Shown here: positions 26,107 to 37,669 of the stretch, piece after piece
How positions within the stretch are numbered: position 1 is the stretch's first letter
Layout of the letters: every line of letters starts with the position of its first letter
DNA from: an uncultured virus (IMG/VR IMGVR_UViG_3300001335_000606)
Lineage: Duplodnaviria; Heunggongvirae; Uroviricota; Caudoviricetes
DNA length: 60,376 nucleotides
Virus record (IMG/VR): IMGVR_UViG_3300001335_000606
Strand: one strand, 5' to 3'
Program-made: the position numbers and the translations under genes
Notes under the pieces: model-generated
Databases searched by the model: none
What the model was told of the DNA's origin: nothing
What the model saw: the letters and a program-made list of their open reading frames with translations, nothing else

Positions 26107-26889
26107 ATGGCAAATAGATTAAACCCAAGTAATTCAACAAAATCCCTAATAAACAAGTGCAACCCCTTATCCGAAGAAGAAGTAAGAGTATGGCTTGAAG
26201 AATATATGAGGAAAAAATCCCAAAAAGCAGCGACAGCTTTGCTCAATAGTGTTACAAAGATTTTTGCCTCGGAAATTTATAAAAACGAACGAAAATTTCT
26301 TAAAACGATTCCAGATGCTACCTTTGATGATATTTTTAACGAGATGGCACTTATGTTTCTTAAGGGTTTAAGTCAAAATAAGTTTGATCCCGACAAATCC
26401 AAACTAGACACTTGGGCATATTGGGCCGTAATGCCTCTAGTTAGAAATCCTGTAAGGGTTATGGGTAGCAAATTTGCAAGCAGCCATACCCATGTGGACA
26501 TAAACAAACCTCATGGGCAAGATGGCGGTACTATAGCTAATGTGTTGCCTGATACATCTGTAGATTTAGAAAAGGATTACGAAGCAGGAGAAAAGCACAG
26601 AGAACTACAAAAGGCTATAAGTAAACTTAATCGCAAAGATCAAGAAATTATTAAAAGCCTATTTGGTTTCATTCCTGTTAAAAAAGATTGGCAATCCAAA
26701 ACTGGTAAGATAAATGCAAGTTCCATAGCCAGAGGAGAAGGTGTTTCGCCTAATCTTATGAGAAAGAGAATTGCGGATATTTTGCAACAACTTCGTAAAG
26801 AATTGAAATAGTCAAAGTTCGATAGATATTTTTAGTTGGGTTTATTAATATAGAGATATAGTAAAGTAAGGTTTGTTAAAAATATATAA
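26107..26889 (+). CDS. Sigma-70 family RNA polymerase sigma factor (234 aa to first TAG; 260 aa with read-through)
   Basis: Region 2-like DDIFNEMALMFLK..KFDPDKSKLDTWAYW; region 4-like ISKLNRKDQEIIKSLFG..SSIARGEGVSPNLMRKR..ILQQLR. Confidence 0.8.
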
Positions 26890-26900
26890 AAGGAGTATCC

Positions 26901-27638
26901 ATGAATAGAAATTAGTTGTCTTTATACAAATTATATGAAGAGTTGTACAAAAAGTTAATAGCTGGGGAATTTGTTATTGACAAAACAGGAAAGAAGATTA
27001 TTTAGTTGCTGGGAGTAACATTTGCACTAGATCCTTTGTTAGGTCATCATATTAAAATTGTTAATCCTACAACAGGATATGTTTTTAGAGAAACAAATTA
27101 GGAATATGTTGAGCAAGAAACAGCTTGGCATGAAAGTCAAGAATTGAATATAGAAATGGTTAATCATGTTAAAATATGGCAATACTGTTCTGGTGATAAT
27201 GGTTAGATTAATTCTAATTATGGTTGGTGTTGCTATAGCCCTGAAAATGGTTCGGAAGGTAAATCTCAATTTCAACATGCATTAGAAGCATTGAAACAAG
27301 AAAGAGAATCTAGAAGGGCAATGCTTATTTATACCCGACCCACTATGCACTCCGATTACAAGTAGAATGGGAAAAATGATTTTATTTGCACTACTTGGAA
27401 CCAATTCTTTATAAGGGATAACAAGTTATATATGTTTTATGTTATGAGGTCTAATGATGGTTACTTTGGGACTATTAATAACATCCCTTGGGCTATGTAT
27501 GTTTACAATGACATGTATAACCAGTTATTGGAAACTTATCCTGAATTGTTAGTCGGAGACATTATGTGGTTTGCGTCAAGTTGGCATTTATATGAACCGC
27601 AATTTAAGAAACTTAGAAAGTTATTTGAGAAATCATAA
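26901..27638 (+). CDS. Thymidylate-synthase-fold enzyme, T4 gp42-like dNMP hydroxymethylase family
   Basis: G*INSNYGW, SRRAMLIYTRPTMH, DFICT (catalytic Cys), MRSNDGYFGTINN, SWHLYE. Confidence 0.85.
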
Positions 27639-27639
27639 T

Positions 27640-27894
27640 ATGAATACGAAATTATAGATTCTAATTTAGAATTTTCCCTAGTCTCAGTTTCTTATTGCCG
27701 ATGGGTTCGATGATGCTGTTATTGGAAAAGATTTTGCTTCTGACAGATTGATATACTCAGTAAAGTAGATGGTTGTCATACTATGTCAGTATGGTATGTC
27801 TTGGGAAGAAGCTGTAGACTATTTGCATTTTAACACCTTGAGTTCTTATGTTGGTTAGAATACTCCTATCTGGTGTTACGATTTAGAATATTAA
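27640..27894 (+). CDS. Conserved phage hypothetical protein
   Basis: ADGFDDAVIG..MSWEEAVDYLHFNTLSSYVG*NTP. Confidence 0.8.
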
Positions 27895-27922
27895 TTATTA
27901 AAATTAATAAACAGAGGCAATT

Positions 27923-28432
27923 ATGAATTATAGTTTGACAAGAAAGACAAAGCAACCCAGCAGGGGTCATAATGGTGATGCAGGCATCGATATTTATGTT
28001 CCATAGTTTGATGATAAAGATTTTATATTAGCGGTATATTAGTTAAACAGACCTGATTCGTTTTTCATGGAGACAAGCGAAAGAAAATTATATATAATGC
28101 CACATAAAAGAATAAAATTACCAACAGGTGTGTATTTCAATATACCAAAGAATAATATGTTGCTAGTATTGGAAAAAACTAGTGTTCCTAATAAAACAGG
28201 ATTGATTAGCGGAGCTCGTGTGATAGATGAAAATTATCAAGGTGAATTTATTGCTTCAATAATTAATACTTCGGATCAGCAAGCTTATTTGCAGCCAGGG
28301 CAAAAGTTTATTCAGGTGGTATTAGTACCACTTTATTAGGATAGGGAATTATAGCAAACATAGTTTGAAGACCTTTATCCAGAGAAAACTACTCGTGGAT
28401 AGGGTTCATTTGGATCAACTGGGCATTTTTGA
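27923..28432 (+). CDS. dut: Trimeric dUTPase
   Basis: GDAGIDI, VIDENYQGE, KFIQVV, RG*GSFGSTG. Confidence 0.92.
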
Positions 28433-28532
28433 TTTAAAAATATTTATTCTTGATAATTATGAACAAGGAATAATTAAAATGTGATGGTAAAATTTAACTT
28501 TTATAAATTAAGAAAAGAGGATAAGGTATATC

Positions 28533-28778
28533 ATGAAAATAAAACTAAATTTAAGAACTGCACCACTTAAAGAATAGTAGAAAGAAACTAAAAAGAAATA
28601 GTCCGATGTTAAGGCTAATTCTATAAAAAAATAGTAGAACGAAACTAAAAAGAAGTAGTCTGATGATAAGATAAAAGAAGAGTATAACAAACCAATTAAG
28701 AGTGATAGTAAAAAATAGAAAAAAACAACTACTTAGACTAAATCAAGTAAAGCTAAAAAGAGTAAAGCAGAAGAATAA
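28533..28778 (+). CDS. Small Lys/Glu-rich low-complexity protein
   Basis: Internal repeat **xETKKK*SD twice; ends TAA. Confidence 0.65.
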
Positions 28779-28807
28779 TAACAAATAAGTGGTGCAGTAT
28801 TTAAAAG

Positions 28808-28832
28808 AGTGGTATTCATTACCACTTTTTTT
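28808..28832 (+). terminator. Rho-independent terminator overlapping next promoter
   Basis: AGTGGTA-TTCAT-TACCACT followed by TTTTTT. Confidence 0.65.
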
Positions 28833-28850
28833 ATAAAAACAGGTTATAAT
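28826..28850 (+). promoter_or_regulatory. Putative promoter of polB
   Basis: TTTTTTTATAAAAACAGGTTATAAT about 30 nt before the polB ATG. Confidence 0.65.
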
Positions 28851-28879
28851 ATCAACAAATAATAGAAGAAGAGGTAGAT

Positions 28880-30622
28880 ATGGAAGTTTCAAGAATTTCC
28901 ACCTTTATTAAAAATGGTAGAGATTATATAAGAATATTTGGTTATAATTAGAACGGATAGCCTGTAAGGAAACTTACACCAGTTCAGAATTATATTTTTG
29001 TTGAAGAGAAAGATTTAAAGAAATTAGGAAAATCCGTATAGATTCAGACAGAATAGTATATATCCTATGATAATCATATAAGTTCGAAAAAATTACGTAA
29101 GGTTATTCTTAAAGGTGCCAGAACCTCTTTTGTACCAAAACCATTGCAAAAAATAAGTTATCAAAGTGATATATCATTAGAAACTAAATATATGCTAGAC
29201 GAGGGCTTGGAATTTTCACGTAAAAGACATATAGCCTTCTATGATATTGAAACTTATTACGATTTTGAAAATGATCCTGAAAGCAACAGTGTAGATCGTG
29301 CCGATTCCCCTATTACATCTATTGCATTTTATTCCAATTTATTAAAAACATATTTCATTTTAGCGTGGCATCCTTCTATAGAAACTGGTGATGATCCGTT
29401 TATTATTGAATAGAAAGGTGATAAGCAATTCTATTATTGTGATTCAGAAGCTACCGTGATTCAAACCTTTTGTGAATTAATAAAAGTTCTAAATGTAGAT
29501 ATCATTACAGGGTGGTTTTCGCATGGATACGATTTACCTTACATTTTGAAGCGTTGTGAAAAACTTTTTGGTTCCATGAATTTAATATCCCCTCTTGAAA
29601 ATGTTTGGATGGGTAATAGAAAGTTTGGGGATGAATACAAGATTAGAATTTCTGGATTAGATACTGTAGATATGATGCAAGGGGTCGGGAAGTTTAATTA
29701 TAAATTGCAAAATAACAAACTCGATACCGCAGCGGAAATGATTTTGGGTTAGAAACATAAAAAATTAAAAACTGCAACATGGCGAGATTGGGAAGATAAT
29801 TTTCAGGGGTTCTTGAAATATGTTGCGAGAGATGTAGAAATCTTGCAATTAATAGACAAAAAACTCAAGGTTTTCGAATTTCTTGTGCAATAGCAAATCC
29901 TTTCAGGAATAACTTCTTTAACTGATATTATGTCTGTTACCCGCCTGATAGATGCTTTATTGATAAAAAGATATTGGGGAGTATATGTGTTTCCTAATAA
30001 CTTAAGAGCTGAACGAGTTAATTTTATGGGAGCAATAACAATAACACCTAAATAGCCTGGAGTTCATCAAAATGTAGCTGTTATGGATTATGCTTCTCTT
30101 TATCCAACTACTATTATGTCTTATAACATTAGTCCTGAGACATTTTTATTTTCAAAGACACAATTAGGTGAAGAAGAATTTGAAAAGCAACTTAAATTTT
30201 TGCAGAAGAACGATATAAAGTATATAGATACGGGTTAGTCTGATTAGATGTTTGGAAAGCGTTACATATTTTTATCTCATGATTAGCATGCAGGAGTTTT
30301 ACCCGAAATCTCCCGTGAACTATATTTGATGCGTAAGGATTTGAAAAGAGAAGCTAAAAAAGGTAAAACTGCTGATTAGAGATTAGTAGCGGATAAAAAA
30401 CAATATGCTATCAAAATAATTCTTAATAGTATATATGGAGCCACAGGGTTTGCTCAATTTAGATTATTTGTTCCTGAATGTGCCGATGCGATAACTTTTT
30501 GGGGCAGAACTGCTGTTAAATTTGCTATGAATAATCTAGATCCTTATGGCAAGGTACTCTACGGTGACACTGACAGTGTTGGATAGAACAGTAATATTAG
30601 ATATAGAATTAAGCAAAAATAA
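28880..30622 (+). CDS. polB: Family B DNA polymerase, N-terminal part, ending in a 15-aa split-intein N-fragment
   Basis: Exo I FYDIET, Exo II GWFSHGYDLPYI, motif A MDYASLYPT, motif B KIILNSIYG, motif C YGDTD then SVG*NSNIRYRIKQK-TAA. Confidence 0.93.
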
Positions 30623-30636
30623 TATGATGTGTTTTG

Positions 30637-30690
30637 AATTGTCTCAGTAATTAGTATTAAGACACTACGGTGTTCCCATAGGAGACAATT
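30637..30690 (+). promoter_or_regulatory. RNA hairpin occluding the SD of the endonuclease gene
   Basis: AATTGTCTC (30637-45) is the exact reverse complement of GAGACAATT (30682-90); inner GACAC-TACG-GTGTT hairpin. Confidence 0.7.
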
Positions 30691-31671
30691 ATGAAAGAAT
30701 ATGTAATTTGCAAATAGTGTGGAAAGAAATTTAAACAGATCACTCACAAACACACTAAAGTTCATGGATTGACCACTAAGCAATATTGTTAGAAATATAA
30801 CTTAAATCCCGGTTAGCTATTATCTGATTCTACAAGATAGAAATCTAAAGTAACTTTGTAGAATATGATGTTATTGTATGGGTAGGAAGAAGGAACAAAA
30901 AGGTTTAAGGAATACAGAAATAAACAAGCTTACACCAATTCTTTAGAATACAAGAAATAGAAATATGGTTGGACTGAAGAATAGTTTAATGAATATAACA
31001 AGGGAAGAGCTGTAACATTATAGTTATCCATTAAACGCCATGGATTATAGAAGGGAACTAAATTGTTTTAGGAATATTGTAATAAACAAGCTTATGCTGG
31101 TTGCAAAATATAGTATTTTATCTAGAAATATGGAAAGATTGAAGGATAGAAAATATTTAAATAGATCGGTAAGCAAAAAGCTATAACATTAGAAAATATG
31201 ATTAGGGTTCATGGGTAGAAATTAGGAAAATAGGTTTATTACAAATGGTTGGGAAAACAATCTAAAACAGGATTTGGAAAGTCTAAAATTTCTCAATAGT
31301 GTTTTAAAGAAATCTCTAGATTATTGTATAGAAATGATTTAAAATTTCGTGAAAACGGAGGGGAAAAGTATTTCTATATTGATGGAAAAGTTTATTATGT
31401 TGATTTATATGACCCATTAACAGGAAAGGTTATTGAATTTTATGGTTCATATTGGCATGCAGATCCCAAATCATATACTCCTAAAGATGTTGTTAATTAT
31501 CCATCGGATATAAAATTATTGGCTTAGAATATATGGCAGAAAGATTAGAAAAGGATAAACATATTGAAAGAAAACACAGATGTTATTTAGGTGTTGGTTA
31601 TTTGGGAAAATGATTATATTAATAACAAGGCAGAAGTTGTAAAGAACTGCATTTAGTTTTTAAGGAGATAA
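30691..31671 (+). CDS. Free-standing homing endonuclease, Vsr/DUF559-like, with N-terminal Zn finger
   Basis: CK*CGKKFKQITHKHTKVH, KYG..EG repeats, VDLYD..KVIEFYGSYWHADP, IWQKD, VLVIWENDY; sits between the polB halves. Confidence 0.82.
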
Positions 31672-31672
31672 A

Positions 31673-32887
31673 ATGACAATTAATAGTTGCACTATCAAGT
31701 GCTTGTTTGACACAATGGCTAAAGAGATTTTTGTTACTTAGGATAACAGATATATTGGAACTCTACCAAATATAGAATTAGAGTATTATGATGAAATAGT
31801 AGGTTAGGTTAAATGGGGCTAGGTTGAATTTATTTAGAAGCATTTTATTGATAAACCTATGTTCAAGATATCATTTAAAAGTGGTGATTATGTTGAAATT
31901 ACAGAAGATCATTCTTTAGTTGTTAAAAGAGATAATAAATTGATATAGACAAAAGTCTATTAGCTTTAGAATGGTGATTAGTTTTTCACGATTAATGGAT
32001 GGGTAGAAATTGAAACTATAGTTCCATTAGAAAGACATGCTAATTGGGTTTATGATATTCAAATGAAAGATAATCCTCATACCTTTTTTGCGCACGGCGT
32101 TTTAGTTCACAATTCTGTATTTTTAAAACTTTCCAAATCAAAATAGGATACTATAAAATTTCTGGAAATATTCAATAAAGAGATTTTATTAAATGGCTTG
32201 ATAAAAAAGTTCAATCCTTTTGTTAATATTGATTATTTTCTTTATGAATTATAGTATTAGAAAGATTTGGATTATATTTATTTCAGTGATAGAAAGAAGC
32301 GATATTATGCTATTGAAAATACAGGAGAGAAGTATGTTCATGGATTGAATATTATCCATAAGGACACTCCAAAATTTATAAAGGAACTATTGGATTAGTT
32401 ATGCGAAAAAGCGGTAAAGAATGGAATAGTTTTAGAAGATTTGAAGGAAACTTTTTAGAAACTTAAAACAGCTGATTACAAAAATATTGCTGTTCATAAA
32501 ACCTTTACAAAAAAGTTTTCCCAATATAATAAAATGATTCCTCAACATGTTGCTGGTGCTTTATACGCAAATTAGCATTTAAATTTGAAGATTAAGCATT
32601 CGGATGTGGTATTTCTTTTTTACATAAATTCCTTTTGCGAACCTGATATAAAAGTTAAAGATAGAAAAAATGTTATTTGTTTAAGAGAATAGGATTTTGG
32701 TGTAATTAAGGAGAGTGGAAAATTTGAAATAGATTATGTCCAGTTAATGGAAAAACAAATTATTCAACCTCTTCGTGAATTTGATAAAATACCTATTGTA
32801 GAACAAACCATAAACGAATGGTGCAAATTAATGGAAGATAATTATAGATTTTCCAAAATTAAAGGTTATGTATTTAAGAAGAGGTGA
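31673..32887 (+). CDS. polB: Split-intein C-fragment (147 aa) fused to PolB C-terminal part
   Basis: AAGGAG SD; block B VEITEDHSL, block F/G WVYDIQM..FFAHGVLVHN then SVF; L*Y*K, KKRYY, PQHVAGA. Confidence 0.92.
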
Positions 32888-32907
32888 ATTTTTAGGAGAT
32901 ATAATGT

Positions 32908-33081
32908 GTGAAATTAACAGAAAATCAAACCACAAACTTAATAAAGGCGTTAAGATTACATTTGGATTTGTCTTAGAAGAAACAAAAATTTGGTGGATTA
33001 TCCTCTTAGTAGGATGACTAGCTTAAAAAACAAACAGAAATTAGAAGAAAATTGCTAAAAATAATGTTCGCATAGGAATAA
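32908..33081 (+). CDS. Small hypothetical protein
   Basis: AGGAG SD, GTG start, open through TAGs to TAA. Confidence 0.55.
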
Positions 33082-33085
33082 TAAT

Positions 33086-34675
33086 ATGACTAATAATTGG
33101 TTAACATGCTTTCCAGAGGGATATACTCCCAGAAAGTAGCAAGTTGAAGCATTAAATTTTTCTATTAAAAATTTTGAATAGAAGAAGTTTGTTATATTGG
33201 AATTGCCTACAGGTGTAGGTAAATCCTTTATAGCTACAACCTTAGGATAGTATTATTACAAAAATAATCTTTCTTGGAAGACCTATATATTAACTACACA
33301 AATTATACTTCAAAATCAATATAATAGAGAGTTTCCTTCTTATGCAAACATTAGTTCAAAAAATAATTATAGATGCTTAACCTTTCCAGATACCTCATGC
33401 GGGGAAATGAAGTGGTTGCATGACTTTGGTTCAGTTCCAAGATGTGGAGATTGCCCTTACTAGTAGGCTAAAGAAAATTTTATGACTAATCATATGTCCA
33501 TTACGAATACTGCTTTCTTTTTATCTAATTTACAATACAATGAAAACATTATCGATAATAGGGAATTATTGGTAATTGATGAAGCGCATAATTTATAGGA
33601 TTAGTTAATAAAATATAAAGGAATAGAATTAAATTTTTAGAAATTGCATAAAGAATATGGTTATAAATAGAAGAACTGGATATCTTAGGATGACGATCAT
33701 ATATTTGATTGGATTACCAATATATTTTATATTTGGCTGGCAAACAAAAAAACAGAGTACAAGGAGAACATACAAACAGGCTTGGGACTTTTAAATTTAG
33801 CCAGAAGCAAATTGATTGATATCAGTAAAAGATATGATTATTTGGATAAACTTATGTGCCAATTAAACAGAGCTATAGAAGTGTTTTCACCAGAAAGATG
33901 GGTTTTATAGAATGACGGAAAAAATAAAGTAGTCAATGCAAAACCTGTTTATGCTTCAGATTTTTCTTAGGAAATGATGTTCAGAAAAGCCAAAAAAGTT
34001 TTATTAATGTCTGGGACGATATTGAACAAATCCACTTATTGTCGAAATTTAGGTATTCCTTTGGAAGATTGTGCGTTTTTGTCCTTGGATAGTCCCTTTT
34101 CTATTTAGAATAGAAGAATATTTTTGATAAATTCTGGCTCTATGTCAAAAAGAAATATAAATAATACATTACCAATGCTGATTTCAAATATGAGGAAAAT
34201 ACTTTAGCTTCATAAACAAGATAAAGGTATAATTCATGTTTCTTCGCACTATATAGCTAACGAAATTTATAAGAATTTAAATTTGGACAGATTGGTTATT
34301 GTTCAAGGATATAATAATAGGGATGAAATGCTTGATTATCACTATTAGAACGGAAATAATACTGTTTTAATATCACCGTCTTTAATGTAGGGTATTGATT
34401 TAAAAGACGATTTAAGCAGATTCCAAATTATAGCTAAAGTCCCATTTCCTAATTTAGGAAGTTCTTATATATCAATTAAAAAAGATTTAATATAGGATTG
34501 GTATGCTTATCAGACTGCTAAAACAATCGTGCAGGCATACGGTAGAAGCATTAGGAATTAGAAGGATTATGCGATAACTTATATATTAGACGGAGATTTT
34601 ATTTGGTTTTTTAAGAAAAATGCCAGATTGTTTCCAAAGTATTTTAAAGAAGCAATTTCTCACGGGAAAATTTAA
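33086..34675 (+). CDS. DinG/Rad3-like DEAH helicase
   Basis: ELPTGVGKS, Cys cluster, IDEAHNL*D, LMSGT, LM*GIDL, VQAYGRSIR. Confidence 0.9.
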
Positions 34676-34689
34676 TATATCGTTATAAT
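34670..34689 (+). promoter_or_regulatory. Putative promoter (GTTATAAT)
   Basis: CGTTATAAT about 27 nt upstream of the next ATG; weaker T-tract. Confidence 0.45.
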
Positions 34690-34716
34690 AATAGTAATGA
34701 TAAAAGAGGTGATAAT

Positions 34717-35178
34717 ATGGGAAAGTAGAAAGTTCCTTTTTCAATGTAGCAATCTCAAGAAATTGAGAAACTTATTTAGGAATGCATTTAGTAGAACGAT
34801 CTTGATACGGGGGGTGCCAAAATTTGTGGGTTAATGGTTACTCCTTATATTAGTCCGACTACAGCAGGAAAATGCATTAGGGCGGGGAAATAGTTAAAAT
34901 TTTTCTCCGATTACGATTATATAATTTAGATTTCCAAGGATTATTGGGATAATCTTAAGGAAGAAACACGTAAAATTTTGGTTTTGCACGAATGTTTACA
35001 TATCAAAACAACCTATAAAAAGGATGGCACTATTCTTTACCAATTAAACCAACATGATGTTGAAGATTTTGCTCAATTGCTTGATAAGTATGGTGTTCAT
35101 TGGTTAAGGTAGGTTAATTTGGTTAAAGAACATTTGCAAGATAAAGATAATGATGAAAAAAATAGCAACTGGAGTTAA
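34717..35178 (+). CDS. Putative phage metallopeptidase
   Basis: YDYII*I..W..LVLHECLH (HExxH)..HDVEDF..YG. Confidence 0.8.
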
Positions 35179-35180
35179 AC

Positions 35181-35681
35181 ATGAAAAATGAAATGGTCGA
35201 TAAATAGACGATTATTTAGAGGAGTAAAAGTTATGGAAATAATTTTCCCTTCTTAAAGAAAATTTGGTGTAACTATCTTAAACTGCGTTATGGTATAGAT
35301 GTCCCCCTGACATCTGCCGACGTGGCCTTTATGTTTTCCCTTCATAAAATTAGTAGGTTAGCAAATGCGCCTGATGACGAGGACACATTAAGAGATATGA
35401 TTAATTATGCCTGGTTGGGCATAGATTATGATTAGTATGAAAAACTTTTATCCGAAGAAGAGTAGTTTTAGAATAAAGTTGAAAAACTTTTGGACTCTGA
35501 TGATCTTAGAAAATAGGATTTGGAGAATCTTCTTTTGCAGACGGATGAAAAGGATTATTGGTGTTTCTTTTATAATAGACCTTGTATTTATTATAGTGAT
35601 TGGGGGATGGTTAAAGAGTGTCCTTTAAGTTCCGATAATTACTAGGACTGCGAATTCAGTTCTCCTATTGAAATAAATTAA
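35181..35681 (+). CDS. DUF6378-like helical protein (nucleotide pyrophosphatase-like)
   Basis: *RSKSYG..W..DVAFMFSLHKISR..DTLRDMINYA. Confidence 0.6.
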
Positions 35682-35692
35682 AATAAGTTTAT

Positions 35693-36682
35693 ATGTTGTA
35701 GAAATATTTAAAGAGCTCAGCTCAAAAGAGATCTAACAAACAATTTAAATATTTGTCGGAAGATGATGTTAAAAACATAGATACTGATTAGTCCTAGCAA
35801 AGATTTGGAATAAGTTATTCCAATATAAGCACCTTTTTGTCATGCCCAAGAAAATGGAAATTAACATATATTGATGGTTTAGAAGCACCTTCTGATTCTA
35901 TAGATACAATATATGGAACAGCAATGCATGAAACTATACAAGCATTTTTAACAGAATATTATGCTATTACTTCAAAATTAATAATCGAAGATAGGGAAAA
36001 TTATATTTAGAAGTATTCAACATTTTTAATGGAACGATTATTGCTTCTTTATAAATAGAGGTTAGAAGGTAATTATGATTCGGATGTTTCTCCTTAGCAA
36101 TTGAAACAGTATCTTGGATTTGGTATAGATTTGCTAAAAGAGTTTATTCCGAAAGTAAGTAAGTGGTTTCCTAAAAAGAACACTTAGCTTTATGGAATTG
36201 AATTAAGATTAGAATAGCCTAACGATTGGTGCGATTTACCTTTTACTGGTTATTTGGATATTGTTTTATATGATAAAATGTAGGATAGATACAAAATTAT
36301 CGATTTAAAAACTTCTAGAATGGGTTGGAAGCACGAAAAGAAAGATTAGATAAAACGATTACAATTATTGCTTTATAAGTATTTTTTTGCTCGATTTAAA
36401 CAAATTGATCCTGATAAAGTGGATATTTAGTTTATAATTTTAAAGAAAATGATTTTTGAAAATGGTTATAATATAAGCCGAATACAAAAATTTGTCCCAC
36501 CCCAGGCAAATGTTACTTTAAAAAAAGCTTTAAAATTAGTATAGCAAACTATTGAAGATATGAAAAAAATAGCAGAAAGTGGGGAAGATGGCGAGATGAA
36601 ACCATCAAATTATTGCAATTATTGCCCATTTAAACAAAATAAGGAATTATGCACTAGAAAACGAACACTTCCAAAAAAGTAA
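35693..36682 (+). CDS. PD-(D/E)xK RecB/Cas4-like exonuclease
   Basis: ISYS..CPRKWKL, GTAMHE, GYLD, IIDLKT, QLLLY, CNYCPF..C. Confidence 0.88.
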
Positions 36683-37053
36683 GAACTTTTAGAATCTTAG
36701 TTACAGGTGATGTTAACTATGGTAATATAGATAAATTTAATGCATTTATGGAAAATTTGTATTAGCAGATTTAGGAAGTTAAAACCTTAGCTACATTTGG
36801 TAATAAATATGGTGCTTAGATTTTAGCTAGATTATATGCCTAGCAAAGAAATTTATAGTACAAATAGTTTACTATGAATATATTTAAAAATACCAAAAGA
36901 CCTGAAAGTCAATTATATCATATATTATTATCTATTGGAACCAAATGGGCTGATTTAGTATTGATATTTTCCAATATATATACTAATAAAATAAAGGAAA
37001 TCATTAACATTTGTCAGAAAAATGACATAGAATATTGTTTAATAAAGGAATGA
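36649..37053 (+). CDS. SLOG/YspA-like protein
   Basis: ILVTGDVNY..GNKYGA*ILARLYA..ADLVLIF; AAGGA SD. Confidence 0.55.
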
Positions 37054-37057
37054 AAGT

Positions 37058-37414
37058 ATGGAAGAAAAAAACGACGAAATTTACCCTTACAACTATTGCC
37101 CAGATTGCGGTCAACTCAAAATGAAAACAGATTAGGAACATAATTATGTATGCGAAAATTGTGGTGCTAGATATTCCATTGATGATTATCTATTGTCTTG
37201 GGAATTGTTTCAAAAGGAACTTTTGCTTTAGCTCATTGAAGAATTTGTCTAGCCTGGTTATGGAAAATGTATATCCTATAATAATGCAAATTATATTGTG
37301 GGTTTTGATTCAGAAGGTCAGTTAGTAATAGAACCTTATCAACTTCAATAGGGTGAAGAAGAAGGAATGTGGGTTCGTATAAGTTTAGAAAGTGAAAATC
37401 TTTAGGAGGAATAA
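37058..37414 (+). CDS. Zn-ribbon hypothetical protein
   Basis: CPDCG..CENCG. Confidence 0.7.
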
Positions 37415-37668
37415 TGGCAGGTATATCAAAATACTATATTGCTACCGTAAAATATATGGTGGAAGAAATGTCAAAAACAGGGAAAACATCCTTTAAAAGC
37501 AGAAGGGATGATTATTTAATCAATGCAGAATCAATAACGGCGGCAGAAACTACCTTAAATGGTTTATTGGGCGGTGTCTATGATAATTTTGAAATTGTAG
37601 GCATTAGAGAAAGTTCGATTGTCGGTGTTATAAACGAAGTAAAGGACGTATTTAAGGAAACAGAATAA
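37414..37668 (+). CDS. DUF4494-like protein, TAG-free
   Basis: YYIATVKY..YLINAESITAAE..FEIVGIRESSI; AGGAGG SD. Confidence 0.65.
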   Translation: MAGISKYYIATVKYMVEEMSKTGKTSFKSRRDDYLINAESITAAETTLNGLLGGVYDNFEIVGIRESSIVGVINEVKDVFKETE

Positions 37669-37669
37669 T

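Noticed and set aside
30623..31672. Group I intron interrupting polB
   Set aside because: No P/Q/R/S core in the short spacers; downstream part has its own SD and ATG and clear intein blocks
35428..35628. Alternate-frame plus ORFs (also 42013-42258, 46275-46490, 55856-56047, 58466-58648)
   Set aside because: Nested out of frame within longer genes recovered by TAG read-through
35693..36682. Cas4 as part of a CRISPR-Cas locus
   Set aside because: No other cas genes or array; stand-alone RecB-like nucleases are common in large phages
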